A stretch of DNA of 32,000 nucleotides from Promethearchaeum syntrophicum (GTDB taxonomy: Archaea > Asgardarchaeota > Lokiarchaeia > Sigyniarchaeales > Promethearchaeaceae): contig NZ_CP042905.2 of NCBI RefSeq assembly GCF_008000775.2, positions 540,001 to 572,000 of the forward strand. Direction: 5' to 3'. Positions 16,996-25,992 of this stretch are shown one piece after another. The translations under genes were made by a program, and so were the position numbers. The notes below the pieces were generated by a model. The model saw only the letters and a program-made list of their open reading frames with translations. It had not been told where the DNA came from and searched no databases. How positions within the stretch are numbered: position 1 is the first letter of the stretch; each line of letters opens with the position of its first letter.

Positions 16996-17964
16996 TTAAC
17001 CATTAATAATCTCATGGAAAGTCTTTTCATACCGTTCTTGAACGTCTGCCCAAGAATATTTCTGCGTTTGAGGACCTACCGTTTCTACTGAAAAAGAAGA
17101 GAGTGTTGCTCCAATTTGACATGAATCTTTTAGAGAATAATTTTGTGAAATTCCATATAATAATCCTGCTCTAAAAGCATCCCCCGCACCAGTAGTATCA
17201 ATCACTTGATTTGGAGTACAAATTCCTATTAGTTCTTTTTTTCCTTCAAAGAACAATTCAGAACCTTTATCACCTTTTGTTATAATTAGGTTGGGATTCA
17301 TTCCTAAAAGTTCATCCAGTGATTTTCCCAATTTTTCAATAATCATTTGTATTTCAAATTCATTTCCAATAACCAGAAAAGCCTTTGGGATTAATTCTTC
17401 TAATATTTCTTTTGTAAAGGCTGGTGTTACCTGCCCTGAATCTAAAATAAATCTAATTCCCAGATTATTAAGTTCTCTTGCCCATTTCGCCATTGCACCG
17501 ACATTATCTGGGCTAATAGATGCAATTTCAATAGTTTTACGTGAAATTTTTCGATCTTTCAAACTTATCTGAGGACATTTGCTCATAGCTCCCTCATGAA
17601 ATATAATAAACTGGTTATGATTTACATCATTTACAATATAACAACTTGCAGAAAATAATTCTTGATGGATATCTCCAATAAATTCTAAGGTTGGATGTTG
17701 TTTCATATGTGCTTCATACCCAAGATCTACAAAATCTTTCCCAACTGCAGTCACTATCTTTGTAGGAGCGGCAATTTTTGCTAAATTATATGAAATATTA
17801 CCAGAAGTTCCACCAAATCTAATCTCTTTTGATGTAGGCATAACTGCTAAATTAAAAATCTTTTGTTCTTTATTGGTTGTGAGATTATCATTCAAATCTC
17901 CTTGAAATTCCATAATATAATCATAAGCTATAGAGCCACAAACCAAAATTTTCTTTTCATTCAT
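16996..17964 (-). CDS. PfkB-family kinase, adenosine/nucleoside-kinase-like subgroup
   Basis: 322 aa with GSIAYDYIMEF...RFGGTSGNISYNLA at the N-terminus and DTTGAGDAFRAGLLYG (PfkB signature 2). Collinear with mycobacterial-type adenosine kinase as I recall it. Confidence 0.8.
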   Translation of the reverse strand: MNEKKILVCGSIAYDYIMEFQGDLNDNLTTNKEQKIFNLAVMPTSKEIRFGGTSGNISYNLAKIAAPTKIVTAVGKDFVDLGYEAHMKQHPTLEFIGDIHQELFSASCYIVNDVNHNQFIIFHEGAMSKCPQISLKDRKISRKTIEIASISPDNVGAMAKWARELNNLGIRFILDSGQVTPAFTKEILEELIPKAFLVIGNEFEIQMIIEKLGKSLDELLGMNPNLIITKGDKGSELFFEGKKELIGICTPNQVIDTTGAGDAFRAGLLYGISQNYSLKDSCQIGATLSSFSVETVGPQTQKYSWADVQERYEKTFHEIING

Positions 17965-18029
17965 AAGTAGGAATAAGTAAGGTAAAAAAAAAATTATTGG
18001 AAAAAAATGGAAAAAATAGAAGAATTAAA

Positions 18030-19460
18030 CTAGAGATTCATTTCTTCAAGTTTTTTCTTTATTTCAGATACTTTTTCTGGATTTAAGTCATTCATCTTCC
18101 AAAAAATAATAACTCCAATTAAAATGAAAATCATTGGGAAAAAAGATAAATGCAAGCGAATACCGATAATTGCTTCAGGTGGTTGGTCTACATTGGGTTC
18201 ATTTATAAAATTAGTAAGTTCATGGACAATTCCAAAAGTAATTGCTTGCACTGCAAAAGCAATTCGTCCAAAAAACGCTCTAAAACCCATGTAAATTCCA
18301 TCATTTCGCTTACCCGTTTTTACAACGATTTCATCTATAACATCTGCCATTGCTGGGGTTATGAGAAACCAAAATCCTCCAAAACCCAAACCGAATGAAA
18401 ATACAGTAATTGTATATCCCGTATAGGATGTAACAAACGTCATGGCTATTAATGAAACGATAATAACCATTGCGGATAAAATTAATGATTTCTGATTGCT
18501 TTGGATTCTTTTTGAAACAAATGACCACAATGGTACTGATATCAGTGCGCCAACAAGCATCCCTGCAAAAATTATTGTAGTGTCACTGGCTTCACCGGGT
18601 AACACATAGTCACCGAGATAGTGCACTGAACCGGTCATAGACAATGTACAACTTTGATAAAGGAAATATAGTAGTACAAACGCCATAAAATTTTTCTGCT
18701 TAAAAGCTTCTTTCATTTGTTTGAAGAACGATTCATGTTTTTGATTCTCTTTTTTCATCACGTCATGTTCTTGTATATACCTTGCAATCATATCCGGTTC
18801 TTCTCGACATCCGGGAAGCATTAAAAAGAATAAAATTAATCCGATAACTGTAAAAATCAATGCAGTTATAATATAAGATTGATCAACTTCATAATCGACA
18901 ATAAGGGTTGGAAGAATTGATCCTATTGCAATTCCAAATACGCCAATAACAGTTGCTATGCCAGCAGCCCAAGATCTAATTTTATTACCACGGAATTTAT
19001 CAGGGAATAGACTTTGATAATTTAACTCCCAAATTGAGAAGAAAGTATCATGTGTGCATGTAGTGAATATCATCCATAGTAATAGCCATATTTGATTGCC
19101 TTCTGGGTTTGAGGAAATCGATCCTGGTACAATAAAAATTAAGAGTAAGGTAAATACCCAAATAAATCCACCTCCAACTATCCATGGAAATCTTCGTCCC
19201 CATTTTTTTGCGAAGCGAGTCGGACGGATTGTTAAATGTCCAACTAAAGGATCATTAATTGCATTCCAAAGTGAATAAACAACAAAACCAACAGTCGAAA
19301 GCAACGGGTCCAAGCCCATGTTCGTTTCATAATATTTATAAACGAGTGCGCTGAAGGCAGCCGAGAAAAATTCCACCAAAAACTTTCCTGTACCATATGA
19401 AGCCATAATTTTCTTCGAAGGTTCTTGAGATGTTTCAGATTTTAAGTTTGTTTCCGTCAT
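18030..19460 (-). CDS. GPH-family (glycoside-pentoside-hexuronide:cation) symporter
   Basis: 476 aa and about 12 hydrophobic helices. GPH signature region: YSLWNAINDPLVGHLTIRPTRFAKKWGRRFPW. Confidence 0.85.
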   Translation of the reverse strand: MTETNLKSETSQEPSKKIMASYGTGKFLVEFFSAAFSALVYKYYETNMGLDPLLSTVGFVVYSLWNAINDPLVGHLTIRPTRFAKKWGRRFPWIVGGGFIWVFTLLLIFIVPGSISSNPEGNQIWLLLWMIFTTCTHDTFFSIWELNYQSLFPDKFRGNKIRSWAAGIATVIGVFGIAIGSILPTLIVDYEVDQSYIITALIFTVIGLILFFLMLPGCREEPDMIARYIQEHDVMKKENQKHESFFKQMKEAFKQKNFMAFVLLYFLYQSCTLSMTGSVHYLGDYVLPGEASDTTIIFAGMLVGALISVPLWSFVSKRIQSNQKSLILSAMVIIVSLIAMTFVTSYTGYTITVFSFGLGFGGFWFLITPAMADVIDEIVVKTGKRNDGIYMGFRAFFGRIAFAVQAITFGIVHELTNFINEPNVDQPPEAIIGIRLHLSFFPMIFILIGVIIFWKMNDLNPEKVSEIKKKLEEMNL

Positions 19461-19635
19461 GATTACAATTCCATTTTTAATTTCTGTAATATAGTAACAA
19501 ATTACTATATATCACTTTCTGCCTTATTGTATTAAAATCTTAATATATTTAAACGGAATTAAAGAAGAAAAACCAAAAAATGGAAAAAAGAAAATAAGTT
19601 CACAACCAACTTGATTAATCTAAATTACAAATGTA

Positions 19636-20919
19636 TTATTTTTCTCCATAATGAGTTATTTCTGTTGATTTTAATAGGATAAAATAGATTACTAATGAAA
19701 TAACTGGACTTAAAATGAAAATCAAGTATATTGAAATATACTGGCCCAAAATTCCCCATATTACCAAACCAACTGGATTAATAGATTTTATTAATGTAAA
19801 CATGGTTGAGAAGACACGTCCTTGCAATTCTTTAGGAATATTCACTTGTAAAACAGATATAAGTTGGGTATCAATAAAAGCCAATACCACCCCTAGGATA
19901 CCACAAGTAATATAAAATAGCCAAAATACTCCTTTTGGAACAATCGCCATTAATAATACACTTACTGAGAGTAAAACTCCAAAAGTTACTACACTCTTCA
20001 TTGTAGATTTTTTCTTTGAAGCTATCAATATAAAACTCCCAAGTAATAGTCCTACATGAAACATAATTTCAGTAATTCCATATTCCGTTGCAGTTCCTAA
20101 GTGATGATCCACAATTAACAAAGGTAGTAAGCTGAAAATAGGAACTACAATAAAATTTGCGATAGCAAAATAAAAAAATACAGGCATTAATCCAGAATCT
20201 TTTATATATTTCATTCCTTCACTAAAATCTTTTTTAAACGACATTTTTTGTGATTGTTCATCTCCGGAAACCTTTGGAATTTTTATAACCAAAAGCACTA
20301 TTGCAGTAGGAATAAAGGAGAAAACGTCTAACCAATAAATCTGTTCAATTGGGAAAATGTTTACTAAATAAGCACCTATTGCTGGAGTACTAATCATTAA
20401 TAATGAACTGAGTATTTGTTGAATTGCATTGATTTTTTTAATTTTTTCATCGGGAACCATTAAAGATGTTACCGCTACAGAAACAGGCATTTGAAATCCT
20501 TGACATATCCCCCGAACACCCATTAAAAGGATTATCTGCCAGATCTGGAATATCCCTAGGTAAAAGAGAATTATTAATCCTAAAGTAGCTACTGCTTGCA
20601 GCGCGTCGGTAAAAATTAGAATAAAATTTTTAGAAAATTTATCCGCAATCACCCCTGCTATCGGGGAAATAATAATCATTGGGACCAAATTGGCAAATGT
20701 TGCAAGCGAAAGAATTAAGGAGCTTTCTGTGGTTATTGTTAAATACCAAATTACTGCGAAACTGACAATTTGACTTCCAATTAGTGAAAAATATTGGGAT
20801 ATAAATATTGTTATATAGCCTAAGTAATTTTTTTTAGGTTTTTCGGTACTTAATGAGAGATTTTCTGCAGTTTGAGTTTCTGCGTCTGTATTTTTTTGAG
20901 TTTCTATTTGTAATTCCAT
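19636..20919 (-). CDS. MFS transporter (efflux-type, EntS/macrolide-exporter-like)
   Basis: 427 aa and about 12 helices. Contains IVSFAVIWYL...LPMIIISPIAGVIADKFSK, typical of this MFS subgroup. GGTGA lies 8 nt upstream of the ATG. Confidence 0.8.
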   Translation of the reverse strand: MELQIETQKNTDAETQTAENLSLSTEKPKKNYLGYITIFISQYFSLIGSQIVSFAVIWYLTITTESSLILSLATFANLVPMIIISPIAGVIADKFSKNFILIFTDALQAVATLGLIILFYLGIFQIWQIILLMGVRGICQGFQMPVSVAVTSLMVPDEKIKKINAIQQILSSLLMISTPAIGAYLVNIFPIEQIYWLDVFSFIPTAIVLLVIKIPKVSGDEQSQKMSFKKDFSEGMKYIKDSGLMPVFFYFAIANFIVVPIFSLLPLLIVDHHLGTATEYGITEIMFHVGLLLGSFILIASKKKSTMKSVVTFGVLLSVSVLLMAIVPKGVFWLFYITCGILGVVLAFIDTQLISVLQVNIPKELQGRVFSTMFTLIKSINPVGLVIWGILGQYISIYLIFILSPVISLVIYFILLKSTEITHYGEK

Positions 20920-21015
20920 TTAGTTTGTCACCCTGAACATAAGTTTCGTTTTACATTATACATAAAATTATAAATTTTTATACACATCATAATTAGAAAA
21001 AATAAAAATAAAAAA

Positions 21016-21120
21016 TTAATAAAATTGAAATCGCATTTCTGAATAGCTTGTTCTGTTCAAATTTTCAGCCATAGTGCCATAAGCATTTTTTTTCGTATAG
21101 TATTTTTGATTGTTCTTCAT
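21016..21120 (-). CDS. Candidate small ORF (34 aa, hydrophilic, Y/N/K-rich)
   Basis: Below the track cut-off. Hand translation gives MKNNQKYYTKKNAYGTMAENLNRTSYSEMRFQFY*. A perfect GGTGA lies 7 nt upstream of the ATG, tttaaata about 60 nt upstream, and a T-rich tract directly after the stop on the minus strand. No homology evidence. Confidence 0.25.
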   Translation of the reverse strand: MKNNQKYYTKKNAYGTMAENLNRTSYSEMRFQFY

Positions 21121-21368
21121 TTTTTTTCACCATTATAATTTAAGGTTATAATAATATAATAGAAACATGAGTATTTAAATGTTGTGTAAAAAGTGTGTAA
21201 TAAAAATATGTATTTCTATTAACTTGATTTAACTAACGTAAATATATCAACAACAACAATAAGAAGATTTTTTGAAATGTGTAATTATTGAAAACACAGT
21301 ATAAATTTCAAAATATCATCACTTTTAATTTCAGAAATTTTTTTGGGAAGACTCCATTGATCTACATA

Positions 21369-21683
21369 ATGGCAATTTTAAATTCTGAATCTTTAATTCA
21401 AATTAAAATTCGATTCTTTTCCAGTTTAAGAAGTACAACGGGTTTAGATCAAATTGAAATCCCGATAAATGAGGGAGAAACAATATTAAATGTCCTTCAT
21501 CAAGTTGAGAATAAATATTTCATTCCAAAAAATGCCCAGTTATTAGACGGAGATAGAAAAAAATTAGCAGTTGGCACTCTATGTTTAATTAATGATGTAG
21601 ATATCTCACTTTCAGGCGGACTAAATCAAAAAATAAATAGTTCTATAAATATTACTTTGATTTCTTCAATTCATGGGGGCTAA
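21369..21683 (+). CDS. MoaD/ThiS-fold ubiquitin-like protein with C-terminal GG (archaeal MoaD/SAMP type)
   Basis: The IKIRFFSSLRSTTG start, LINDVDISLSGGL block and terminal SSIHGG-stop fit the archaeal MoaD family. I place the start at ATG 21369 (104 aa). The track start at 21288 adds 27 aa with no family counterpart. Confidence 0.75.
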   Translation: MAILNSESLIQIKIRFFSSLRSTTGLDQIEIPINEGETILNVLHQVENKYFIPKNAQLLDGDRKKLAVGTLCLINDVDISLSGGLNQKINSSINITLISSIHGG

Positions 21684-21969
21684 AAAGAGATTTTTCTTTG
21701 GAATCTCGATATTATTTATTAATATCGAATATGAATATATTAGTCAAAATTATATCCAATCGTGTAATTTTTTAACCATATATCAATTATTGATGCATTC
21801 CTCGTGCAGAAGAGAATATTATAGGGATTTACCAAACAACTTTTCTAAAAGCAATAAATAATAATTATTATCTTAATCAATTTTGACTTCTTTCTCATTA
21901 CAATAAAAATTGAAATGATATAAAATCAGTAAATGATTAAATTTTCATCTTTTTTTGTCCTCCTTAAAT

Positions 21970-23490
21970 CTTTTCATTGATTAATCTCTCGGTTCACTCA
22001 ACCATTCGTCTTAAAAAACTAAGGAAGCTCGGTACATCCTGATTTGAGCATGGCTAAATTGTCGGAGGGTTGGACCTTGCTTCCAGCTTTTTGGGATTTG
22101 CCCTTTAATTTTTCGTTTCGCGCGTTCAAGTTGCCATGTATTATACGCCCAATATTGTGTGGATCGCATCAGAAATTTACGTACATTGGTATGGGCATTG
22201 GAAGGAGGGGAAATTCGATTTAGATCGCGAAACCCCGTTTCGATCTGCCATCTCCGATCATATTTTCTACAAATCCCAACTGCCCAGCCTTGTTTCTGCT
22301 TTATTCCCACAGGAGGGGGGAAGGTAGTAACCATTACCATTATTTCTTTCATTGCATCTTGCAAATTCATCTTTTTTTGTTTAAAATCTCGTCGTATGTC
22401 CCGCAATCGCCTTCCCTGACGATTAGTTAATATTAACCATACGGGAATTCCCGGCGAGTGGTAATATTTCTTTGGTGCTCCCTTTATTGTGTATTTACGT
22501 ATGTAATTCCCCCCATTTTTTAGGAAATCTTCTAATAATTTCTTAATCGGTGACCATTTCTTATACGGTCCGACATAGTGGATTCCTCTGACATGTAACT
22601 CTGCGAAAAATTCGTAGGTGGGGAACCAGCGATCACCTAACACATAGTCGATTTGAAATCCTTCTATAATCAACTGATCTATACAACCCATGATATCTGG
22701 AACGTTTGAATGCCCTTTCTTAATGATCGAAACGCCACAAAATAAACTTGTCTTCTTGCTTCTGATCATGATTCCGAGGTACTTCCGCCTCCTAGATGTA
22801 CCCGGACCTTTATTACTCTTATTAATAAATGAATTGGCAGGATATCGATCCGAACCGTAATACCATTGGTCATTATTATCCACCAGAATAGAAATATTCT
22901 TGTCAATTAACCCTTCCCGTAACGCATAATTTATTTGGGCAAGAAAAATCACTTGGTTCACCTTTTTGGCGATCCACATAGGCAACATTTGTCTGTACTT
23001 ACGGACCTGATCTCCATGTGGGCATAACCGTTCAAATTTTCTGGTTTTTGAACAGATTTTTTTAGAAAAACGTTTTCTTCTGCGATGTCTATTCAATTGT
23101 TCCCATTTCATACGATTTAATTCATTGGATGCCTCATCAATCGAGAGATTCATCATAGTGTGGAGGATGAGGACTTCCCAAAAGTCTTCGGCAGAGTATT
23201 TATTACCGATTCTTCGCGAGATGTGTGTCTTACTAATCACTTCGAGTGCAAGATTTTTTAGCCATGGAACCCAATATTCATATGGGCACGATTCTTCTGC
23301 GGGAAGGAGCGCTAACTCCGTTCCGCTTGTTGTATGCATAGGCATGTTTACAAGGAAGAATCGGCTCCTTGTAAGTCTTATGCATCGACAAAAAGAGTTT
23401 ACTCAAAGACTGAAAATGAAAGAAAAATATTGTAAAAAAGCTTCATTTATAGTGATTATAGAAGGAATAATTCTTTGAACCCTCTAAGGA
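21970..23490 (-). mobile_element. IS4-superfamily insertion sequence (boundaries approximate)
   Basis: Contains an intact DDE transposase gene. The ends are guessed from where local composition and coding potential change. I could not identify terminal inverted repeats or target duplications by eye. Confidence 0.35.
22011..23345 (-). CDS. DDE transposase, IS4-type (DDE_Tnp_1-like)
   Basis: 444 aa. Candidate catalytic triad contexts are ILVDNND, VLGDRWF and YDRRWQIETGFRDLN (a Y-x2-R-x3-E signature followed by a basic residue). The protein is R/K-rich. Confidence 0.85.
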   Translation of the reverse strand: MPMHTTSGTELALLPAEESCPYEYWVPWLKNLALEVISKTHISRRIGNKYSAEDFWEVLILHTMMNLSIDEASNELNRMKWEQLNRHRRRKRFSKKICSKTRKFERLCPHGDQVRKYRQMLPMWIAKKVNQVIFLAQINYALREGLIDKNISILVDNNDQWYYGSDRYPANSFINKSNKGPGTSRRRKYLGIMIRSKKTSLFCGVSIIKKGHSNVPDIMGCIDQLIIEGFQIDYVLGDRWFPTYEFFAELHVRGIHYVGPYKKWSPIKKLLEDFLKNGGNYIRKYTIKGAPKKYYHSPGIPVWLILTNRQGRRLRDIRRDFKQKKMNLQDAMKEIMVMVTTFPPPVGIKQKQGWAVGICRKYDRRWQIETGFRDLNRISPPSNAHTNVRKFLMRSTQYWAYNTWQLERAKRKIKGQIPKSWKQGPTLRQFSHAQIRMYRASLVF

Positions 23491-23546
23491 ATATTTTATG
23501 GAAAATTTGAAGAAAATAAAGGTAAAAAAAGCAAACTAAAAAAAGG

Positions 23547-24221
23547 TTAACCTCCGAACAAAATCAGGGGTTCTCCCGCAATCCAAACCATAAATCCTTG
23601 GACTAAACAGAATGCTGCTGTGATTAAAGCCATTGGAGGCCATGAGATAAATTTGGAAATAGCTTCTATACTTGATAACCAGAATTTGATCGAAACTCCA
23701 ACTATCGTGGCAACCAACGCAAACAAACCAAATAAGATCCATTTCATATTAACGTATCCATTAGCTGCTTCAATGAAATCTGCTGGTAGAATCAATGCAA
23801 CCAGAAGAGCTGCCGCAGCACCCGCTGCTAAACCAATCAAAGCCGCCAATGGTAAATCTTCAAGAGGTTTTAGAAACATTGCAATCCCCATTACAATTAA
23901 AGCAATACTGGTTAACCAGTCAAAATGACTTCCATGTTTGCTTTCATAAGCTAATGAGGGTCGAATATTCATTACCATGGTTACAATTCCAGTTAAAAGC
24001 GTGATCACTCCTAATATTATTCCTATTCCAATTATAATCTTCAGAGCGCGGGAAACCTTATCTCGTTCCCATTCTTCTCCTTTAGGTTTAACCCAACCTC
24101 GTCTAACACCTTCATAGAAGAACCATACTAATGCCATTAATCCGCATATGACAAGCATAATTGCACCAGAGTCAGCAAAAAGATTGACAAATGCGTCCAA
24201 AAACGCGTTTTGTAACATCAT
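23547..24221 (-). CDS. Polytopic membrane protein (about 6 helices), family not recognised
   Basis: 224 aa with an Ala/Gly/Leu-rich hydrophobic core. GTGA lies 7 nt upstream of the ATG. The antisense ORFs in the track are shadows. Confidence 0.65.
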   Translation of the reverse strand: MMLQNAFLDAFVNLFADSGAIMLVICGLMALVWFFYEGVRRGWVKPKGEEWERDKVSRALKIIIGIGIILGVITLLTGIVTMVMNIRPSLAYESKHGSHFDWLTSIALIVMGIAMFLKPLEDLPLAALIGLAAGAAAALLVALILPADFIEAANGYVNMKWILFGLFALVATIVGVSIKFWLSSIEAISKFISWPPMALITAAFCLVQGFMVWIAGEPLILFGG

Positions 24222-24544
24222 TTTTTATCACTTGTTATTATAGAATAAAATTCCTACTTAAATAAAATTAGATTAATTATGTTAATTAAATTAGTGGGTG
24301 CCAAATCTTATAATCTCTTGAAAAAAAGGGTAATTTCAAAATTTTCAATTTCACCAAATTTCCTTTAACATTTGATCTAAATTTTGACCAAATTTGGTCA
24401 GAAATTAAGCCGACTTTAAATGACTGAAATAAAAATAACACAAAATGTTTAAAATAAATTGCAAATTTTGTTATGTAATCCATTAATTAGTAGTATTTGA
24501 TAGAAACTACTTATTTGGAGTATTTTATTAAGAGGTCAACAAAA

Positions 24545-24946
24545 ATGGTAGATAAAGAAGCTATAATGGACAAGATTGAATCCGGAAGTTTCGGTATTGA
24601 TGATTTAGAAGATTATTTAACCTTATTCTTAGAGGTTAGTAATGAATCCGAAGATGTTCAAGAGGAAGTTGAAGGCTGGAATCGAAAATTGTTAATTCAC
24701 CTTAGTGATACCGATAATTTCTGGTTACAAATCGCAGAAGGAAAATTTACATCTGGAAAGGGGGATGCTGATGATGGGGATGTCACATTAGAAATGACGG
24801 GGGAGACTGCTGCCGGAGTTTTTACGGGAGAAATTGATGCTACATCGGCTTACATGTCTGGAGAATTAAAAATTGTAGGTCCATTACCAGATGCCGTTAA
24901 ATTTCGAACTCTTACCGAATTGGTTCGAGAAGAATTGGAAGAATAA
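24545..24946 (+). CDS. SCP2 (sterol-carrier-protein-2-like) lipid-binding domain protein
   Basis: 134 aa from ATG 24545, with GAGGT 7-8 nt upstream. The C-terminal pattern DVTLEMTGETAAGVFTGEIDATSAYMSGELKIVGPLPDAVKF is classic SCP2. The track start (TTG 24497) is probably too early. Confidence 0.75.
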   Translation: MVDKEAIMDKIESGSFGIDDLEDYLTLFLEVSNESEDVQEEVEGWNRKLLIHLSDTDNFWLQIAEGKFTSGKGDADDGDVTLEMTGETAAGVFTGEIDATSAYMSGELKIVGPLPDAVKFRTLTELVREELEE

Positions 24947-25066
24947 TTTTTTTTTTCATATTTCACCCTTTTTTTCAAAAATACTTTTTAGAATTACATT
25001 TTTTTCTAATATTTCCATATATTTCATACTAGCAGAATAATTAAACAGATATTTACACAATAAAGT

Positions 25067-25942
25067 ATGGTTGAAAAAATTGCCTTTGTTTTTTCAGGTG
25101 GTTCTAGTTTTGGTAGTATGGAAGTAGGAATGCTAAAAGCATTGACTGAATACGGAATAACAGCTGATTTTGTTGTTGGAACATCTGTCGGGGCATTAAA
25201 TGCTACATATTACGCTTACCATCCAAATTTAGAGGGAGTTCAAAAATTAGAAAAAATTTGGCATTCAATAAAATCCAAGGATATTTTTCCTGTTTCTCCC
25301 TTTAAAAGTATACTAAGAATTATCAAAAAGGAAAATTATCTTATTAATTCAAACGGATTGGAAAAATTACTAATAGACGTTCTTCCATGCAATAATTTAG
25401 AGGACACAAAAATTCCAGTTCATGTGGTTACCACTGATGTTCTAACTGGTGAAGAAGTGGTTTTTTCTTCAGGAAATGCGGTTCAAAGGCTTCTTGCTAG
25501 TGCAGCCATTCCAGTGACATACCCCTCTGTAGAAATTGGCAAACATCTTCTGATTGATGGTGGGGTTTTAAACAATACACCGATTTCAACAGCAGTAAGA
25601 TTTGGTGCAACAAAAGTTATAGTTCTTCCAACCGGATATACATGTGATCGACGCGAAGAACCATCAAGTTTGATTGAAATGATTCTAACATCATATAGCT
25701 ATATGCAACATCAAAAGTTAGCAACTGATATTGAATTTTACAAAGAAAAAACAAAATTAAAAGTTATTCCACCTCTGTGCCCGATTTCTGTATCACCTAA
25801 AGATTTTTCAAAATCAAAAGAATTAATTGAAAGAGCCTATGAATCAACTCAAAAATGGCTCAAAACAGGCAATTTAGAATCAGATGAAGTCCCTCAACTA
25901 ATGAAATTTCATAGTCATAATGATGAAATGGAACACATGTAA
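25067..25942 (+). CDS. Patatin-like phospholipase (Ser-Asp dyad)
   Basis: 291 aa with FSGGSSFG (oxyanion Gly-rich loop), GTSVGALNA (GxSxG) and LIDGGVLNNTP (DGG). Confidence 0.9.
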   Translation: MVEKIAFVFSGGSSFGSMEVGMLKALTEYGITADFVVGTSVGALNATYYAYHPNLEGVQKLEKIWHSIKSKDIFPVSPFKSILRIIKKENYLINSNGLEKLLIDVLPCNNLEDTKIPVHVVTTDVLTGEEVVFSSGNAVQRLLASAAIPVTYPSVEIGKHLLIDGGVLNNTPISTAVRFGATKVIVLPTGYTCDRREEPSSLIEMILTSYSYMQHQKLATDIEFYKEKTKLKVIPPLCPISVSPKDFSKSKELIERAYESTQKWLKTGNLESDEVPQLMKFHSHNDEMEHM

Positions 25943-25992
25943 AAAGAAACAATAAAAAAAAATTAGAAATTAAAATTCAATTCATATATCAA

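Noticed and set aside
21288-21861. N-terminal extension of the SAMP-like ORF (21288-21368) and the overlapping 62-aa ORF at 21673..21861
   Set aside because: The 27-aa extension (MKTQYKFQNIITFNFRNFFGKTPLIYI) has no counterpart in MoaD-family proteins, which begin at the beta-1 strand (IKIRFF). The 62-aa ORF overlaps the GG terminus, is low-complexity, and has no initiation signal.
21960-23500. Terminal inverted repeats or target-site duplication of the IS element
   Set aside because: Comparing 21900-22010 with the reverse complement of 23346-23546 by eye gave only 6-nt coincidences (ggttca, tcctta). No credible IR or direct repeat was found, so the boundaries are left approximate.
22011-24221. 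Elevated GC of the transposase and neighbouring membrane gene as evidence of recent horizontal transfer
   Set aside because: Hand-counted 60-nt samples gave 42-50% GC here against ~28% in some neighbours. A sample from the conserved acyl-CoA synthetase gene gave 43%, so the difference is within this window's gene-to-gene variation.
24286-24483. 65-aa minus-strand ORF between the membrane protein and the SCP2 gene
   Set aside because: No SD-like motif and an F/K/I-rich translation typical of random ORFs in AT-rich DNA. The region more likely holds the SCP2 promoter.
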